Shown piece by piece: positions 10,201 to 19,831 of a DNA stretch of 64,000 nt. This DNA is from a virus. Taxonomy: Duplodnaviria; Caudoviricetes. The position numbers and the translations under genes are program-made. The notes under the pieces are model-generated. The model saw only the letters and a list, made by a program, of their open reading frames with translations, was not told where the DNA came from and did not search any database. Where the stretch lies: the IMG/VR virus record IMGVR_UViG_3300046522_000316, positions 160,001 through 224,000 of that record; one strand, 5' to 3'. Numbering within the stretch: the first letter of the stretch is position 1; every line of letters starts with the position of its first letter.

Positions 10201-10376
10201 CCGTGAAGTTTTACGACGCGGTGACAAATACCGAAGGCGGATGGGGCGGGCCTGATGGTTCGAATATTCCAGCCATTCACAAAGAAACAACCAATGGCGT
10301 CGAAGTCAGCTGGTACGTGTATCGCACAATCGGTCACGACCTCGGCCAGAAGTCCTACAGGATTACATTCGGATGA
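7227..10376 (+). CDS. Baseplate wedge gp7-like protein with about 8 tandem Ig-like repeats
   Basis: Follows the gp6-like gene; repeated (I/L)xGP(D/N)xV...Y.A.A.Y.DG units of about 90 aa. Confidence 0.7.
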   Translation: MNKIDFSELDVEFIRSEPLWGAFLEAVQEFLTAQVRDPLSQVMDIRDIKATTPLVFVKQALKDLGITLPPDMIVDPERLYNSMYMIPLLHQVTGLESATRMIAYILGRRVVSRDLYTEDYISFYEEPLGALRIDGGTWYKTTHINLEMQKVPADQRITLPTGTTLKDRFLSAFFSLAPVNLVIDQFFFSIEIENMDDFAIQGVVYRQPMRRLICDADYSLDNAVFAIDGPDTVNTGESASYRLITKGQEFESNEWTSTHPGLVSVKQGFATFSGFQQDTLITLQATIRGQIVTKNVTVKMGMQDIRMLVIDGPDEILSTQSGDYRVVVYHSTGNDVIPVDLKVLSPYAYFVGSTLHGRNLTEDQEVLVSCKVVINGISYAASKHVKMRFVDPNVHLVGLTISGANRLKEGSASQLYATAFFSDGSSADVLSNWGSSSPVVAIDNGLASTMLVNGETDVEITAEYGFRQIVMTAQHEATVYPEFLQQASLSIIGPTLVSEMERAQYTCLAIMSDGTSTTVVPEWFVTEFQISPTGVFTAGYVDDQINMEVRAQYGGMTQVLPITVERPPVTLQQLLIVGPDTVKEGNINRYEAYAQYTDGHIKPIEPIWALNPVIEWADLIEGELLIGPPEEPLINMQVSYAEGSRIYQQTKTIVCIGATNSIQGLMITGPNEVNALDRIVLTATAMYEDGSFATVHPQWEVFTLDVNAEFVAADIAGYGVVTGRNVDFDMPVTIRATYFQETAEYTVLVKYVAVKGPDVPVSSRIIGNAVIYSTQIASFSQAILFKQCTNELLVSSDWTVDNTNVVVDENGFVTCKLNQDMTFTITAVWSCGGYTVTDSMAVTVVPVDAAYIGLGITGPDTIQIGVKERYSAEAYTPDSGIVAGQGVPVTPKWQIITDALNIHMFDDGQVMVQNAVVNQTFTISGEFQFENTIVTGTKTVRVLGSGPIYCTGQEETVDFSTLFSKSIMISEQAFRDDFVGYGYMMVPTVFGAVKFYDAVTNTEGGWGGPDGSNIPAIHKETTNGVEVSWYVYRTIGHDLGQKSYRITFG

Positions 10377-11824
10377 TTGCAAATACTCCAAATCTTCGGT
10401 TTGTTAAACCGTTGTCGAAATATATGCAGCTGCGCATTCGAATGTTTGGGCGCCAGCGCTTCGCAAAAACCTATTCGGTAACGGGTTCTAACCTGAATAC
10501 CGTAACGCTGCCATTCACGCCGTGGTCTACGCAAACGCTTGAGATTTATTTGGATAGCGTGCGCGTTCTTTCCGGTTATAACGTAAACGGGGCGGTGGTT
10601 AGTTTCACACCGCCTTTGGCTGGTCGTCTCGAATTTATCGACGATGACGAATTTGTGGATATGGGCCTGAAATGGTTGCCCGTTCCATTGCCAAATCTTT
10701 TGCAATCGAATGACACTCAAAACACCGCATACGGCACGGATCGCCGCGAAGGTCAGCAGGTTGCAACGCACGCACAACCGGTATGCATTACACAGGGCGC
10801 ATTAGGTTTTGCGCGCCCCAGTCCGGATAATGATCAGCTGCTTTATTGCCCGTATTACGGGATGTATGGCCGCGATTCGATTACCTACGCAATTAAAACG
10901 GATCTTGGGCAGTTGTCCGATTTCCGTTGTATTGATATTCGCGTGCGTGACCCGAATTATATTCCGGTGTTGCGTCTGGCATGCATTAGTGCCGTGAGTA
11001 GTCCTGTGCAGGTCGATGGAAACCTAAAGGACATTGTGCCGAACGGGTTCTATCAAATCTACGCGGATATTCCTACAGGCAGTGGAATTCAATTGCCGAA
11101 CAAGGATGGCAATGGCCCACGCGAATATCATTTCGTTATTCAGGGCGCGGATGAAAACGGCGATTGGTTTGAGCCTGAAGAATACTTCGATCCGGGCACG
11201 TTTGAAATCATTGCAGAAACTCAAAAGGGATTCACTGTTACCTTTATCGGGAACGCAGAGGATTACGGGTTTCCAAACGCCACACGCGTCTCGGTAATGA
11301 CGGAATTCGACGGTGAAGAACTGCCGATTAAACTGAAATACATGGACACGGAATTGTTGTCGGTGAAAATCGCCAGCAATAAACCGATTCCAATTGAAAG
11401 CCTGCCAATCAGTGTGGCCGATCCGTTGATTGAACTGGATAATGGCGGGGCCGTGGACGCTGATTGGATTTACAACGACGATTGGATTTCTGATACCGGA
11501 ATTAACCTCGATATGTTGTGGGAAAACCCGGTGTTCGAAGAGCGTGACGTTTCTGTCACCATGTCGTTCGGCATTCAATTCAATAAATACAATCCGCAAA
11601 CGCAGCTGCCGACAATGCCCGTTCCGTATTCCAAGACTGTGACCGGGAAATTCATTACGGCAGAAACCGTTGCAAATAACGAAGTTGTCCAACCAGAAGA
11701 TACCCAAGAAACGCTGCTTACTGGCCTGTTTTGGGAAACCTCGAATCAGTTCTCTCCGGTGTACGAAGGAAATCTCGTATTGAATTCGACATTCGATTGG
11801 CAGATTGTGGTTGCGACTCCATAA
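10373..11824 (+). CDS. Virion structural protein (fibre-adaptor-like and Ig-like segments)
   Basis: Beta-rich; YxPxxGxYGxDSITY segment; lies in the baseplate operon. Confidence 0.6.
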   Translation: MIANTPNLRFVKPLSKYMQLRIRMFGRQRFAKTYSVTGSNLNTVTLPFTPWSTQTLEIYLDSVRVLSGYNVNGAVVSFTPPLAGRLEFIDDDEFVDMGLKWLPVPLPNLLQSNDTQNTAYGTDRREGQQVATHAQPVCITQGALGFARPSPDNDQLLYCPYYGMYGRDSITYAIKTDLGQLSDFRCIDIRVRDPNYIPVLRLACISAVSSPVQVDGNLKDIVPNGFYQIYADIPTGSGIQLPNKDGNGPREYHFVIQGADENGDWFEPEEYFDPGTFEIIAETQKGFTVTFIGNAEDYGFPNATRVSVMTEFDGEELPIKLKYMDTELLSVKIASNKPIPIESLPISVADPLIELDNGGAVDADWIYNDDWISDTGINLDMLWENPVFEERDVSVTMSFGIQFNKYNPQTQLPTMPVPYSKTVTGKFITAETVANNEVVQPEDTQETLLTGLFWETSNQFSPVYEGNLVLNSTFDWQIVVATP

Positions 11825-11884
11825 TTTAAAGGGAAAGGGCATTCTTAAACGGATGCCCAAACTCTTTATAAAGCGGGGAAACAA

Positions 11885-12127
11885 ATGACTGAATTCATCA
11901 ATCCGCTGACCGTATTGCGTCAGCAGAAAGAAGCCAAAGAACAACAAATCGCCGTCGCTTCTGCCGCAGAAATGGAAGCGCAGGAATTGGCTACGGCCAG
12001 CGCGTTGACGAACGTTGATCCGTCGATGTGCCCTAAATGCGGTCGTAGCATGGGGTTCGGTTTTTTGTTTGATCGTACCCGTGTTTACTACTGTGATGTT
12101 GATCGCGTTTCGCAGCCGATGGAATGA
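11885..12127 (+). CDS. Small protein with a C-terminal Zn-ribbon-like motif
   Basis: CPKC...YYCD; RBS GGGG; helical N-terminus. Confidence 0.65.
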   Translation: MTEFINPLTVLRQQKEAKEQQIAVASAAEMEAQELATASALTNVDPSMCPKCGRSMGFGFLFDRTRVYYCDVDRVSQPME

Positions 12128-12132
12128 ATTAA

Positions 12133-14448
12133 ATGACTGATAAGCTGGTTTTACTCGACGCCGGGGAGCAGGCGCTAAATAACGCTAGCGCCGGTGGCAT
12201 TCTGATCAAACCTGCATCGTTCCGTATGGGCGATTCGGATTTGTACGCCGCCAGTACCCAACACACTGATATCGTCGGCAACTTCATTTGTGGTGGAACA
12301 ATTCACCACGTAGAAACTTTGAGTGCCCGCGTTTGCCGTTTTGTTTTGACCATTGATACCCGGCTGCTGACTGCGCCGACCGAAGTAAAAGAAGTCGTTG
12401 TTTTCTTCGAAGGAAATGTCGCTTTTGGCCGTGCTGTTTTTGCCGAAGCTTATATCCTGAATCCAAACGAACCTACTCGCCTTTCTGTTGTGCTGGCAAC
12501 CAGCCGCGCAGACCTGACCACAATTAATGTGAGCGTCGGGGAATATGAGTCGATTCCAAGCACTGCATTTCTTTACCGCTTGCCATCCCCTGCACAAACG
12601 GATTTCGCCGCTATTTCTGTATTGAATGGCAAACGAAATCCTGACGGCACATCCAGCCCTGTAATCGCAACGCGGTACGGGGCAGGTTCGTTTCAGTGGG
12701 GTTTCACCGATCACAATCGGGTATTTAATGGCAAGCCAACTTCTGCCACCAGCACCACGTTTAAAATCAGTAGCTCGTTGCAATGGGCCGCTGACGAACA
12801 GGTAATTGTTCACGTTGTGGCTGGCAGTGGTGAAGGACAAACGCGGCGTTATCGCTGGAACGCAGGCGCGCAAGAATTCCGCGATCCCGATGCACAAGCG
12901 TTGCCGAATTTGGCGAATTCCACGATTGGTATTTGGAAACTGATCACCAGCACCACAAGTGGAAGCGGTGGCCCCGGTGATAGCAATCTGGTTATTCCGC
13001 CAACCACGGAAATTCCGCAAGATTGGGTACTCACTCCCGGTTCTGACGGAACGCTGGTTTGGCAACCGCCGAAAGCTGCTTCGCGTATTATTTCCACGCT
13101 TTACACCGGGCCTTCCAAGCTCGACGTAAACGCCCTGAACTTTATGGGCACTGGCGACATTGCGCGTTATACCACTGGTGAATTGGTCGCAGAAAACGCG
13201 AACTACATTTACCCGGCTGTTGGTTTGACCACGCAGCACCGTTCGGCTTTCCAATTGTCTGCGTCGGAACTGGAATTCGCGGAGAATATTCCGTCGAGTG
13301 TTCCAATTGATTTGCGTATTTTCACCAAGTCGCCTTCGACCGGTACGCGTGCAGTTTTCACCACGTTGGAATTCGTCGGTGACGGGTTGCAAGTTGAATA
13401 CGATCTTGGGCAAACGGTAGAAAGCAATTCGCACGTGTTTGCGTTCGTGCAATCTACGCTGCAACCGATCACCACTTACAGCATTGATCAAACGACCAAT
13501 AAGCTGCGCATGGTGGCCCCGGTTGAAGCCGGTTTGGATATTGAATTCAAACTGCTTTCGTACATTCAGGAAACCGGCTACAGCACGCGGATCGTCACGA
13601 AGACTTACAGCATTCAGGGCGAGACTTATTTCCTGAAATTGCCTACCAGTCCGCAGTCTATCGAACAGGTTTTTGTTAGCCAGTCCGGTGCGCACATTCA
13701 TGAGAAAAACTTCAGCCTGATCGACGATGCGTTGGTGTTTACCGCAACACTCGAACCTGACGTAGAAGTTGAAGTGATGGTATTCGAAAATATCCAAAGC
13801 CAAGGATCGGAACAGACCGGTTTGAACGGCATTGTGATTGACGGATATGTTTCGCACAAAAACCTCACGTTGTTGCGTCACAATGCGCCGCCTGTAGAGC
13901 TTCCAATTCCAGCGCCGAAAATCGCGGTTGGTGATGGCCTGACCATCGACAATTCGACCGGCACTGCAATGATTTCTTTGAACGAAGATGCATTTCCAGC
14001 GCTGCGCAAATCGCGTTCGTGGTCGGTCGAGCAATCGTTTAAAGTGGCGAGCGGTGCAGCCGCACAAACCATTACCCTGACGCAGGGCCAAGCGTCGATG
14101 TACGTTGTGCATGTGGATTTCAGCGCGAAACTCGGCCCCGGTTATCAGAGTGCAGAAGGAACAGAAAATATCGAGTTTGTTGTCGGTGTTCGTTCCACGC
14201 AATCTGTTGAACCTGATTTCGGTCGTCAGATTCGCGGTACAGGCACAGCCGGTGTGATTGCCAACAACGCGAAGGGCGGCACGGCTTACGCCAACTCCAG
14301 CTTTACGCAAATCTTTAAAATTGACCCGGCGAATCACAGCGCAGACACAATCGACCTCGTTGCAAAAATGCGCGTGAATAATGCGAACACTGCACAATTT
14401 GGTGTGCTGCTTTCGATCAACCTGAACATTATCGAGATTCCAATATGA
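12133..14448 (+). CDS. Tail fibre / fibre-attachment protein
   Basis: Tail-collar-like N-terminus; three repeats of about 62 aa resembling fibre adaptor modules (FxGxG...Y...V...Q...Y/F...L.F). Confidence 0.65.
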   Translation: MTDKLVLLDAGEQALNNASAGGILIKPASFRMGDSDLYAASTQHTDIVGNFICGGTIHHVETLSARVCRFVLTIDTRLLTAPTEVKEVVVFFEGNVAFGRAVFAEAYILNPNEPTRLSVVLATSRADLTTINVSVGEYESIPSTAFLYRLPSPAQTDFAAISVLNGKRNPDGTSSPVIATRYGAGSFQWGFTDHNRVFNGKPTSATSTTFKISSSLQWAADEQVIVHVVAGSGEGQTRRYRWNAGAQEFRDPDAQALPNLANSTIGIWKLITSTTSGSGGPGDSNLVIPPTTEIPQDWVLTPGSDGTLVWQPPKAASRIISTLYTGPSKLDVNALNFMGTGDIARYTTGELVAENANYIYPAVGLTTQHRSAFQLSASELEFAENIPSSVPIDLRIFTKSPSTGTRAVFTTLEFVGDGLQVEYDLGQTVESNSHVFAFVQSTLQPITTYSIDQTTNKLRMVAPVEAGLDIEFKLLSYIQETGYSTRIVTKTYSIQGETYFLKLPTSPQSIEQVFVSQSGAHIHEKNFSLIDDALVFTATLEPDVEVEVMVFENIQSQGSEQTGLNGIVIDGYVSHKNLTLLRHNAPPVELPIPAPKIAVGDGLTIDNSTGTAMISLNEDAFPALRKSRSWSVEQSFKVASGAAAQTITLTQGQASMYVVHVDFSAKLGPGYQSAEGTENIEFVVGVRSTQSVEPDFGRQIRGTGTAGVIANNAKGGTAYANSSFTQIFKIDPANHSADTIDLVAKMRVNNANTAQFGVLLSINLNIIEIPI

Positions 14449-14864
14449 GGCACTGGGTCGTCAACGGCGCTTTGCGAAAAGGTGATTGTGTAGAAGGTGG
14501 CGTGGAAATCAGCGAAGAAACATATCGTTATTTCCTCGACAATTATGAGCTTCTCACAATCGAAGTCGTAGACGGCAAGGTGCGCACCCGTGTTGATATG
14601 GTTGCGTATCGGCGGGCCGCGCTTGCGAAGCTTGAAAACGTGAATTACATCGTCGTGGACAACCGGAAATATTTCGACGATGAACTTCCGTATTTGAGTG
14701 GGGATTATTTCCTGCGCAGCGGTGGCCCTTGCCTACTCACAAAGGAACAGATGATTAAAAAGGTGACGGAAAGGAATCGTGATTACACCATGCGGCGTTC
14801 GGGCATCCAAACTGCTAAAACGCCTGAAGAGGTGGATGGGTATCTGATATGTCGAATGAATTAA
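14445..14864 (+). CDS. Putative tail fibre assembly/chaperone protein
   Basis: Small gene overlapping the fibre gene stop; size and position are typical. Confidence 0.4.
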   Translation: MRHWVVNGALRKGDCVEGGVEISEETYRYFLDNYELLTIEVVDGKVRTRVDMVAYRRAALAKLENVNYIVVDNRKYFDDELPYLSGDYFLRSGGPCLLTKEQMIKKVTERNRDYTMRRSGIQTAKTPEEVDGYLICRMN

Positions 14865-15649
14865 CGATTGCGGTACTGGATAATAAATCGGTAGCGGTTC
14901 CAATCGGTAGAACAGTCCTGACGAACATCAAACGTCAGAACTCGCTGAAAGTTCAAAGTGCAATGACCGGCACTGAAGTTGTGGCCCCGAATTACACGGG
15001 CATCGACGCACCCGGTTACGACGGCGAACAGGCATACCGAACCGATGCCGATGTGGTTTATTTCGATACACCGGTTGACCGTGACGCGCTGCGTGTTGCG
15101 GAAATTGTCTTCGATGACAAAACTGGCGTGCTGACTTTTTATCGCAAAAACGGATCGCATTTCGAAGTAACTTCTTTTCTGCGTCAAATTGATTTCGGTG
15201 TTGGCCCATCGGGCACGCGTGGTGATCCGGGGAAAGACGGCACTATTGGCGACGACGGAATTGATGGAAAAGATGGTGATGCGGGATGCGCCGGATTGCA
15301 GGGAATTGAAGGGCGCCCCGGCCCTATCGGTGATCCGGGGAAAGAGGGCGAAGTGGGCAGCGCCGGGCCGTATGGTGCATTAGGCCCCACTGGCCCACGC
15401 GGTGATATTGGCGCAATGGGTGTGCCCGGTTTCGAAGGTAAACGCGGATTGTGTGGATTCAGTTGTCCAACTACTTCGCGTGGCCCGTGCGGCCCTCAAG
15501 GTAAAACCATGAACGGTTATGTTCAGACCGGCCCTTATCCGAAAAATAACGATTTGATTTGGGCTGCTGCTGAAGACTGCATGGAACCACGTTGCCCCGC
15601 AACCTTTGACCTGACCGACGTAGGCACCCGACCAGTGTCGTATGTGTAA
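14849..15649 (+). CDS. Collagen-like (Gly-X-Y) fibre protein 1
   Basis: About 100 aa of GXY triplets; shares the N-terminal TGxLTFxRxNG module with the other collagen-like genes. Confidence 0.85.
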   Translation: MSNELTIAVLDNKSVAVPIGRTVLTNIKRQNSLKVQSAMTGTEVVAPNYTGIDAPGYDGEQAYRTDADVVYFDTPVDRDALRVAEIVFDDKTGVLTFYRKNGSHFEVTSFLRQIDFGVGPSGTRGDPGKDGTIGDDGIDGKDGDAGCAGLQGIEGRPGPIGDPGKEGEVGSAGPYGALGPTGPRGDIGAMGVPGFEGKRGLCGFSCPTTSRGPCGPQGKTMNGYVQTGPYPKNNDLIWAAAEDCMEPRCPATFDLTDVGTRPVSYV

Positions 15650-15668
15650 CGAATTGAAGGGATAAAAA

Positions 15669-18167
15669 ATGAAAGATTGCAGTTCGTTACCGGTCATTGC
15701 GCCCCAGTCGGTTCCCGTGCGAAAAATCATCGCACAGTGCGGCGAATGGATTACGCTTTGTGGTAAAGGAAAACACCAGATTTCCTATTTCCTCGGATTG
15801 CTGCAAGGGCCAGTAACCATCTGGTTTCAACGCGAAAGTATCGAGGATGAAATCTACGTTTATCAGAACGGGGAAATCATTGCAGCGGCGCCACTGAAAA
15901 CCGAAAGCGGTTCGTTCACGTTTGATTATTCGCCACTCGACGAAAAGCCGGGTAACGATGAAATCATTCTGACCCACGAAGGTGCAACAGTCGGCGCACG
16001 GGCGCATATCCATTTTCTGTGCCCTGTTGATCCATGCTTGCCGCCAGTTGTGGCCGAACCGAACCCGGTTGAAACTACGCTGATTTGCGGCAAGTCGTGG
16101 CACCAAGCGGGATACGTTAAACGCAACACAATTTTGCTCGGTGATAAACCGGGGCGCGTCGATATTATTTGGTCGGTTGTAGGTAATGGATTGGTGCAGG
16201 TTTTCCAAGACAAAACTTTGCTGCTGACCATGACGCCGGATCGCGAAGCTTTGACCAGTTTCGAATACGATCCTGAACTCGGTGACGTTTATGTGTTGAC
16301 CCAAGGAACGGGCGCAGTGGATTACATTTTCACGTGTCCTTTCAAAGAAGAAACACCAGAAATTCCGAGTTTCGAATTCGTTTGTGATGCGACCGAAGAC
16401 TACGTTTTCAACGCACCGCAATTAACCGAATTGAAGCTGCCTGTCTTGATCGGCACCATTGATTTTCGTGTGCTGCTGGTGGAAACGGCGCAGCTAACGT
16501 TCTCGCAAAACAACGTTCCGTTTTATGTTGTGAGCGGGCACGCGGGGGAAGTAAATTTCTCCTACGATTACAATCCGGATAAAGGCAAAGTCACGGTTAA
16601 CGCCGAGGGCTACGGACAAATCGCGATGTTTGCGAAATGCCCATACAACGCGCCCGATCCTGACCCGGTTGATATCGACGCAGAATGTGGAACCACGCTG
16701 AACACGTATCCCGGTTATTCGAATATCACGATGGATATGGACGCAATTAGCGGCCAAACAATTCTCGACCTGATCGTCACGGAAACAACGATTGAAGTTA
16801 TTCACACGGGCACCAGTCGATTCATCACAGAATCCGGCAGCTATCCGATGCAGTATGACCGTTCGGTTCCCCTGATTATCAAAGCACGCGGAAACGATTT
16901 CCAAATGCGCTTGAGTTGCCCGGTTCGCACGCCTGTTACAGGCACCATTGATTGCGGCGTAATTCGCAACTTCGATTCCTATTCGAATATCACTGTTCGT
17001 TACGGATCGACCGCAGGCAATACCACGATTACCACCAGCCAAGATGTGTCAGTTTATCGCGATAATGTTTTGGTCGGATTTGGGCGTGACGTTACGTTCT
17101 TTTATCCGGGCACTGGTACGGTTCTCGTTAAGTGCGATGTTCTCGACGAATACCTGACGATTTCCGCAACGTGTCCAGCGGTGAAAACCCTGCCGTGTGG
17201 TGATCAGTTTGTGCAGTTCAACGCGGGTGACATTATCGACCTCGCATTTAATACGCCGCTTATTCGTGGGCATGTTGATGTGTCGATTCAAGTCACCGGT
17301 AACGTGAGCGCGGTTTTCCGTCTCGGTTCGACTGACGTTCACACCAGCACCGTGACCGAAACGTTTACGAATATCTGGAACACTGCAAACGGCCTTCGGG
17401 TTGTCAGCAGCGGCACCGGGACATTCAAACTTTTCGTGAAGTGTGCGGTTCCGATTTATATCGTGAGCGAAGAAACGAAAACCGAGAAAGTTGATTGCCA
17501 GCCGGGCGAGACTGCCGGTGGTGTTCCGGGCGGTAATACGTTCGTGACCGCAACGTGGAAAGTAATCACTTATTCAGACGGTTCGGTTGTGACAACGACC
17601 AAAACTTACGACGGTGTTTGTATGCCTCAAACAGCAGTTCCAATTCGTGCCCCGCGCTGGGGTGTGGCGATGTTTGCAAACCGTTTGTTTACCGGTGGCC
17701 CTATCGCCGCAGAAATCACGACAGAAGAGCAATCGTATGGCGTGGTCGCAAATCCAAGTCCTAGCGGGCGCAATTACACGCATTGGACGGGCATTCAACA
17801 ATTCGCTGATCAGGTGATGACCAACACGTTCGCGATTACTCCGGAAACTCCGGGGATTATCGAACCGACAATTACCGTAGACGATTTCGTTTACGTGATG
17901 TGGGATAAACGCGCAGGCACCAAGCTGAAAATCATCAACCTCGGCAACAATTTCGAGGTGGAATTCGAAGGCATCTTGTGGCGCAACGATCTTCTCGGTA
18001 ACTACGAAGGATTGCCCGGATATAATCCAAATCTTCCGATCTATTTGACCGTGCAGTATGACGACGGAACGGGTGTTCGCGACTGGATTATTGTTCGGCA
18101 GGAAACCACGACGCTGCCTGAATTCAGCCCACGGACTGATCGCTATTCCATTCAATACGTGCCGTAG
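15669..18167 (+). CDS. Cys-rich repeat structural/adhesin protein (832 aa)
   Basis: About 6-7 repeats of roughly 90-100 aa, each starting near CG/CD and ending in CP/CA. Confidence 0.7.
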   Translation: MKDCSSLPVIAPQSVPVRKIIAQCGEWITLCGKGKHQISYFLGLLQGPVTIWFQRESIEDEIYVYQNGEIIAAAPLKTESGSFTFDYSPLDEKPGNDEIILTHEGATVGARAHIHFLCPVDPCLPPVVAEPNPVETTLICGKSWHQAGYVKRNTILLGDKPGRVDIIWSVVGNGLVQVFQDKTLLLTMTPDREALTSFEYDPELGDVYVLTQGTGAVDYIFTCPFKEETPEIPSFEFVCDATEDYVFNAPQLTELKLPVLIGTIDFRVLLVETAQLTFSQNNVPFYVVSGHAGEVNFSYDYNPDKGKVTVNAEGYGQIAMFAKCPYNAPDPDPVDIDAECGTTLNTYPGYSNITMDMDAISGQTILDLIVTETTIEVIHTGTSRFITESGSYPMQYDRSVPLIIKARGNDFQMRLSCPVRTPVTGTIDCGVIRNFDSYSNITVRYGSTAGNTTITTSQDVSVYRDNVLVGFGRDVTFFYPGTGTVLVKCDVLDEYLTISATCPAVKTLPCGDQFVQFNAGDIIDLAFNTPLIRGHVDVSIQVTGNVSAVFRLGSTDVHTSTVTETFTNIWNTANGLRVVSSGTGTFKLFVKCAVPIYIVSEETKTEKVDCQPGETAGGVPGGNTFVTATWKVITYSDGSVVTTTKTYDGVCMPQTAVPIRAPRWGVAMFANRLFTGGPIAAEITTEEQSYGVVANPSPSGRNYTHWTGIQQFADQVMTNTFAITPETPGIIEPTITVDDFVYVMWDKRAGTKLKIINLGNNFEVEFEGILWRNDLLGNYEGLPGYNPNLPIYLTVQYDDGTGVRDWIIVRQETTTLPEFSPRTDRYSIQYVP

Positions 18168-18175
18168 GAATTCAC

Positions 18176-19201
18176 ATGACAGGATTAACAAGAATCCCGA
18201 CGTACATGATTCGTGCGAAGGGCGAGAAAGATTCCAGTATTCTCGAAGTAAAAAACGAAAGGCTTTCGGCAACTGCGCCATCCGATGCAGACGTAACAGA
18301 AATCGAATCCGCGATTTACGATGAAACTCAGGGCACGCTTACTTTTCGTTTTTATAACGGACAGGAAATGCGTGTTCCGGGTTTCCCGGTTCCTTCGAAA
18401 ATTCCAGCTGGCCCAACAGGCCCGCAGGGACTCGCAGGCATTGACGGAAAGAACGGAAAAGATGGGCGCGATGGTGCAGTGGGCAGCGCAGGTTGTGCAG
18501 GGCCTCAAGGTGTAATTGGTCAAACGGGGCCAAAAGGTGAAACCGGTCGTACTGGTCAACCCGGCCCCGCTGGCCCAACTGGCCCGCAAGGCCCACAGGG
18601 ATTGCAAGGCCCATTAGGCCCCACCGGCCCGCAAGGCCCACAGGGGCCACAAGGCCCACGCGGTGAACAAGGCCCGCAAGGTCGCCCCGGCCCGAAAGGC
18701 CCTGAAGGTTTTATGCACATTGTGGTTTCTACCGCAGAACCGGAAGAAAAAGATCGCGTCGATGGTTTGTTGTGGGTGAATCCTGCAATTGATTATTTGT
18801 GCGGTGTTTATAATCCTCCGGTTTGTCCGGAACCAGAACCGTGCCCGCCGCTCGCATTTAAAGAGCAAACTTTCCAACTGAATGCGACTGTCGGAAAATC
18901 CAGCAACGTGCATTATCTCGGCCCGAATCCCGGTGTTGTGAAAATCACGTATGCAACTGCAAACGCAGATGCGCCGGGTGATCCAGCTGGTGGTTATGTT
19001 GGCAATCGGATTGATGTTCGCCATCGCGGAATCGTGGTCGCAACGAACGGTGCAAACGAAATTGTTTTCCGCAATACTCCGAAAACTTTCGAGTTTGCCT
19101 ACGAGCCGTCGAACGGTAACGAATTCATCACGGTGGAAATGTCGCACAGCGATTCGAATTCCGATTGGTGGTCGTACAAAATCAGCGGCCCTACTTTGTA
19201 A
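18176..19201 (+). CDS. Collagen-like fibre protein 2 with C-terminal beta domain
   Basis: GXY run, LWVNP junction motif, and one copy of the repeat domain found in 15669 and 19832. Confidence 0.85.
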   Translation: MTGLTRIPTYMIRAKGEKDSSILEVKNERLSATAPSDADVTEIESAIYDETQGTLTFRFYNGQEMRVPGFPVPSKIPAGPTGPQGLAGIDGKNGKDGRDGAVGSAGCAGPQGVIGQTGPKGETGRTGQPGPAGPTGPQGPQGLQGPLGPTGPQGPQGPQGPRGEQGPQGRPGPKGPEGFMHIVVSTAEPEEKDRVDGLLWVNPAIDYLCGVYNPPVCPEPEPCPPLAFKEQTFQLNATVGKSSNVHYLGPNPGVVKITYATANADAPGDPAGGYVGNRIDVRHRGIVVATNGANEIVFRNTPKTFEFAYEPSNGNEFITVEMSHSDSNSDWWSYKISGPTL

Positions 19202-19219
19202 AAATATTCAGGGTGATTT

Positions 19220-19735
19220 ATGACCGAGCTTACGCGGATGCCCGTTTCGATGTTGCACGCCCGTGGAAAAACTGGCGGCAATCTCAAAAACACGGGCACG
19301 AAAGTTCAAGTCGCAACAGAAGCTGAAAATGCGGTTCCTTCCCTTGTGGCGGGTACGCTGAATCAGAACGGTTTGTTGCGCTTGAGAATGTCGGACGGAA
19401 CCTACGTCGAAGTTGATGGTTTTTATACAGCGAATTCAATCATTCAAGGCCCTGCTGGCCCGCGTGGTTTCGGTGGTGAAAACGGTCGTGACGGAACGAA
19501 CGGACGCGATGGGGAACAAGGCGCAACAGGTTGCCAAGGGCCAGCTGGCCCACGCGGTGATACTGGCCCGGAAGGCCCACGCGGCCCACAAGGTATTCAA
19601 GGCCCACCGGGGCCGAAAGGTGAACCGGGGCCACGTGGTTCTGACGGTTTTGTTCAGGTGTTTATCCAATCCGCCGATCCATCGGCAATGGAAGGTACGA
19701 CTGTGAAAGCTGGCGCACTTTGGGTGAAACCTTAA
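19220..19735 (+). CDS. Collagen-like fibre protein 3 (short stalk)
   Basis: GXY run; ends in GALWVKP. Confidence 0.85.
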   Translation: MTELTRMPVSMLHARGKTGGNLKNTGTKVQVATEAENAVPSLVAGTLNQNGLLRLRMSDGTYVEVDGFYTANSIIQGPAGPRGFGGENGRDGTNGRDGEQGATGCQGPAGPRGDTGPEGPRGPQGIQGPPGPKGEPGPRGSDGFVQVFIQSADPSAMEGTTVKAGALWVKP

Positions 19736-19752
19736 TCGGAAATATGCAGTAA

Positions 19753-19782
19753 AAAGGCTCCTTTAATGGGGCCTTTATTGTT
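19753..19782 (+). terminator. Intrinsic terminator-like hairpin
   Basis: AAAGGCTCC-TTTAAT-GGGGCCTTT followed by ATTGTTT. Confidence 0.55.
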
Positions 19783-19831
19783 TCTAAGTAATTTAAATAC
19801 AGAAACTAAAATTGATGGTGGAACTGTTACT

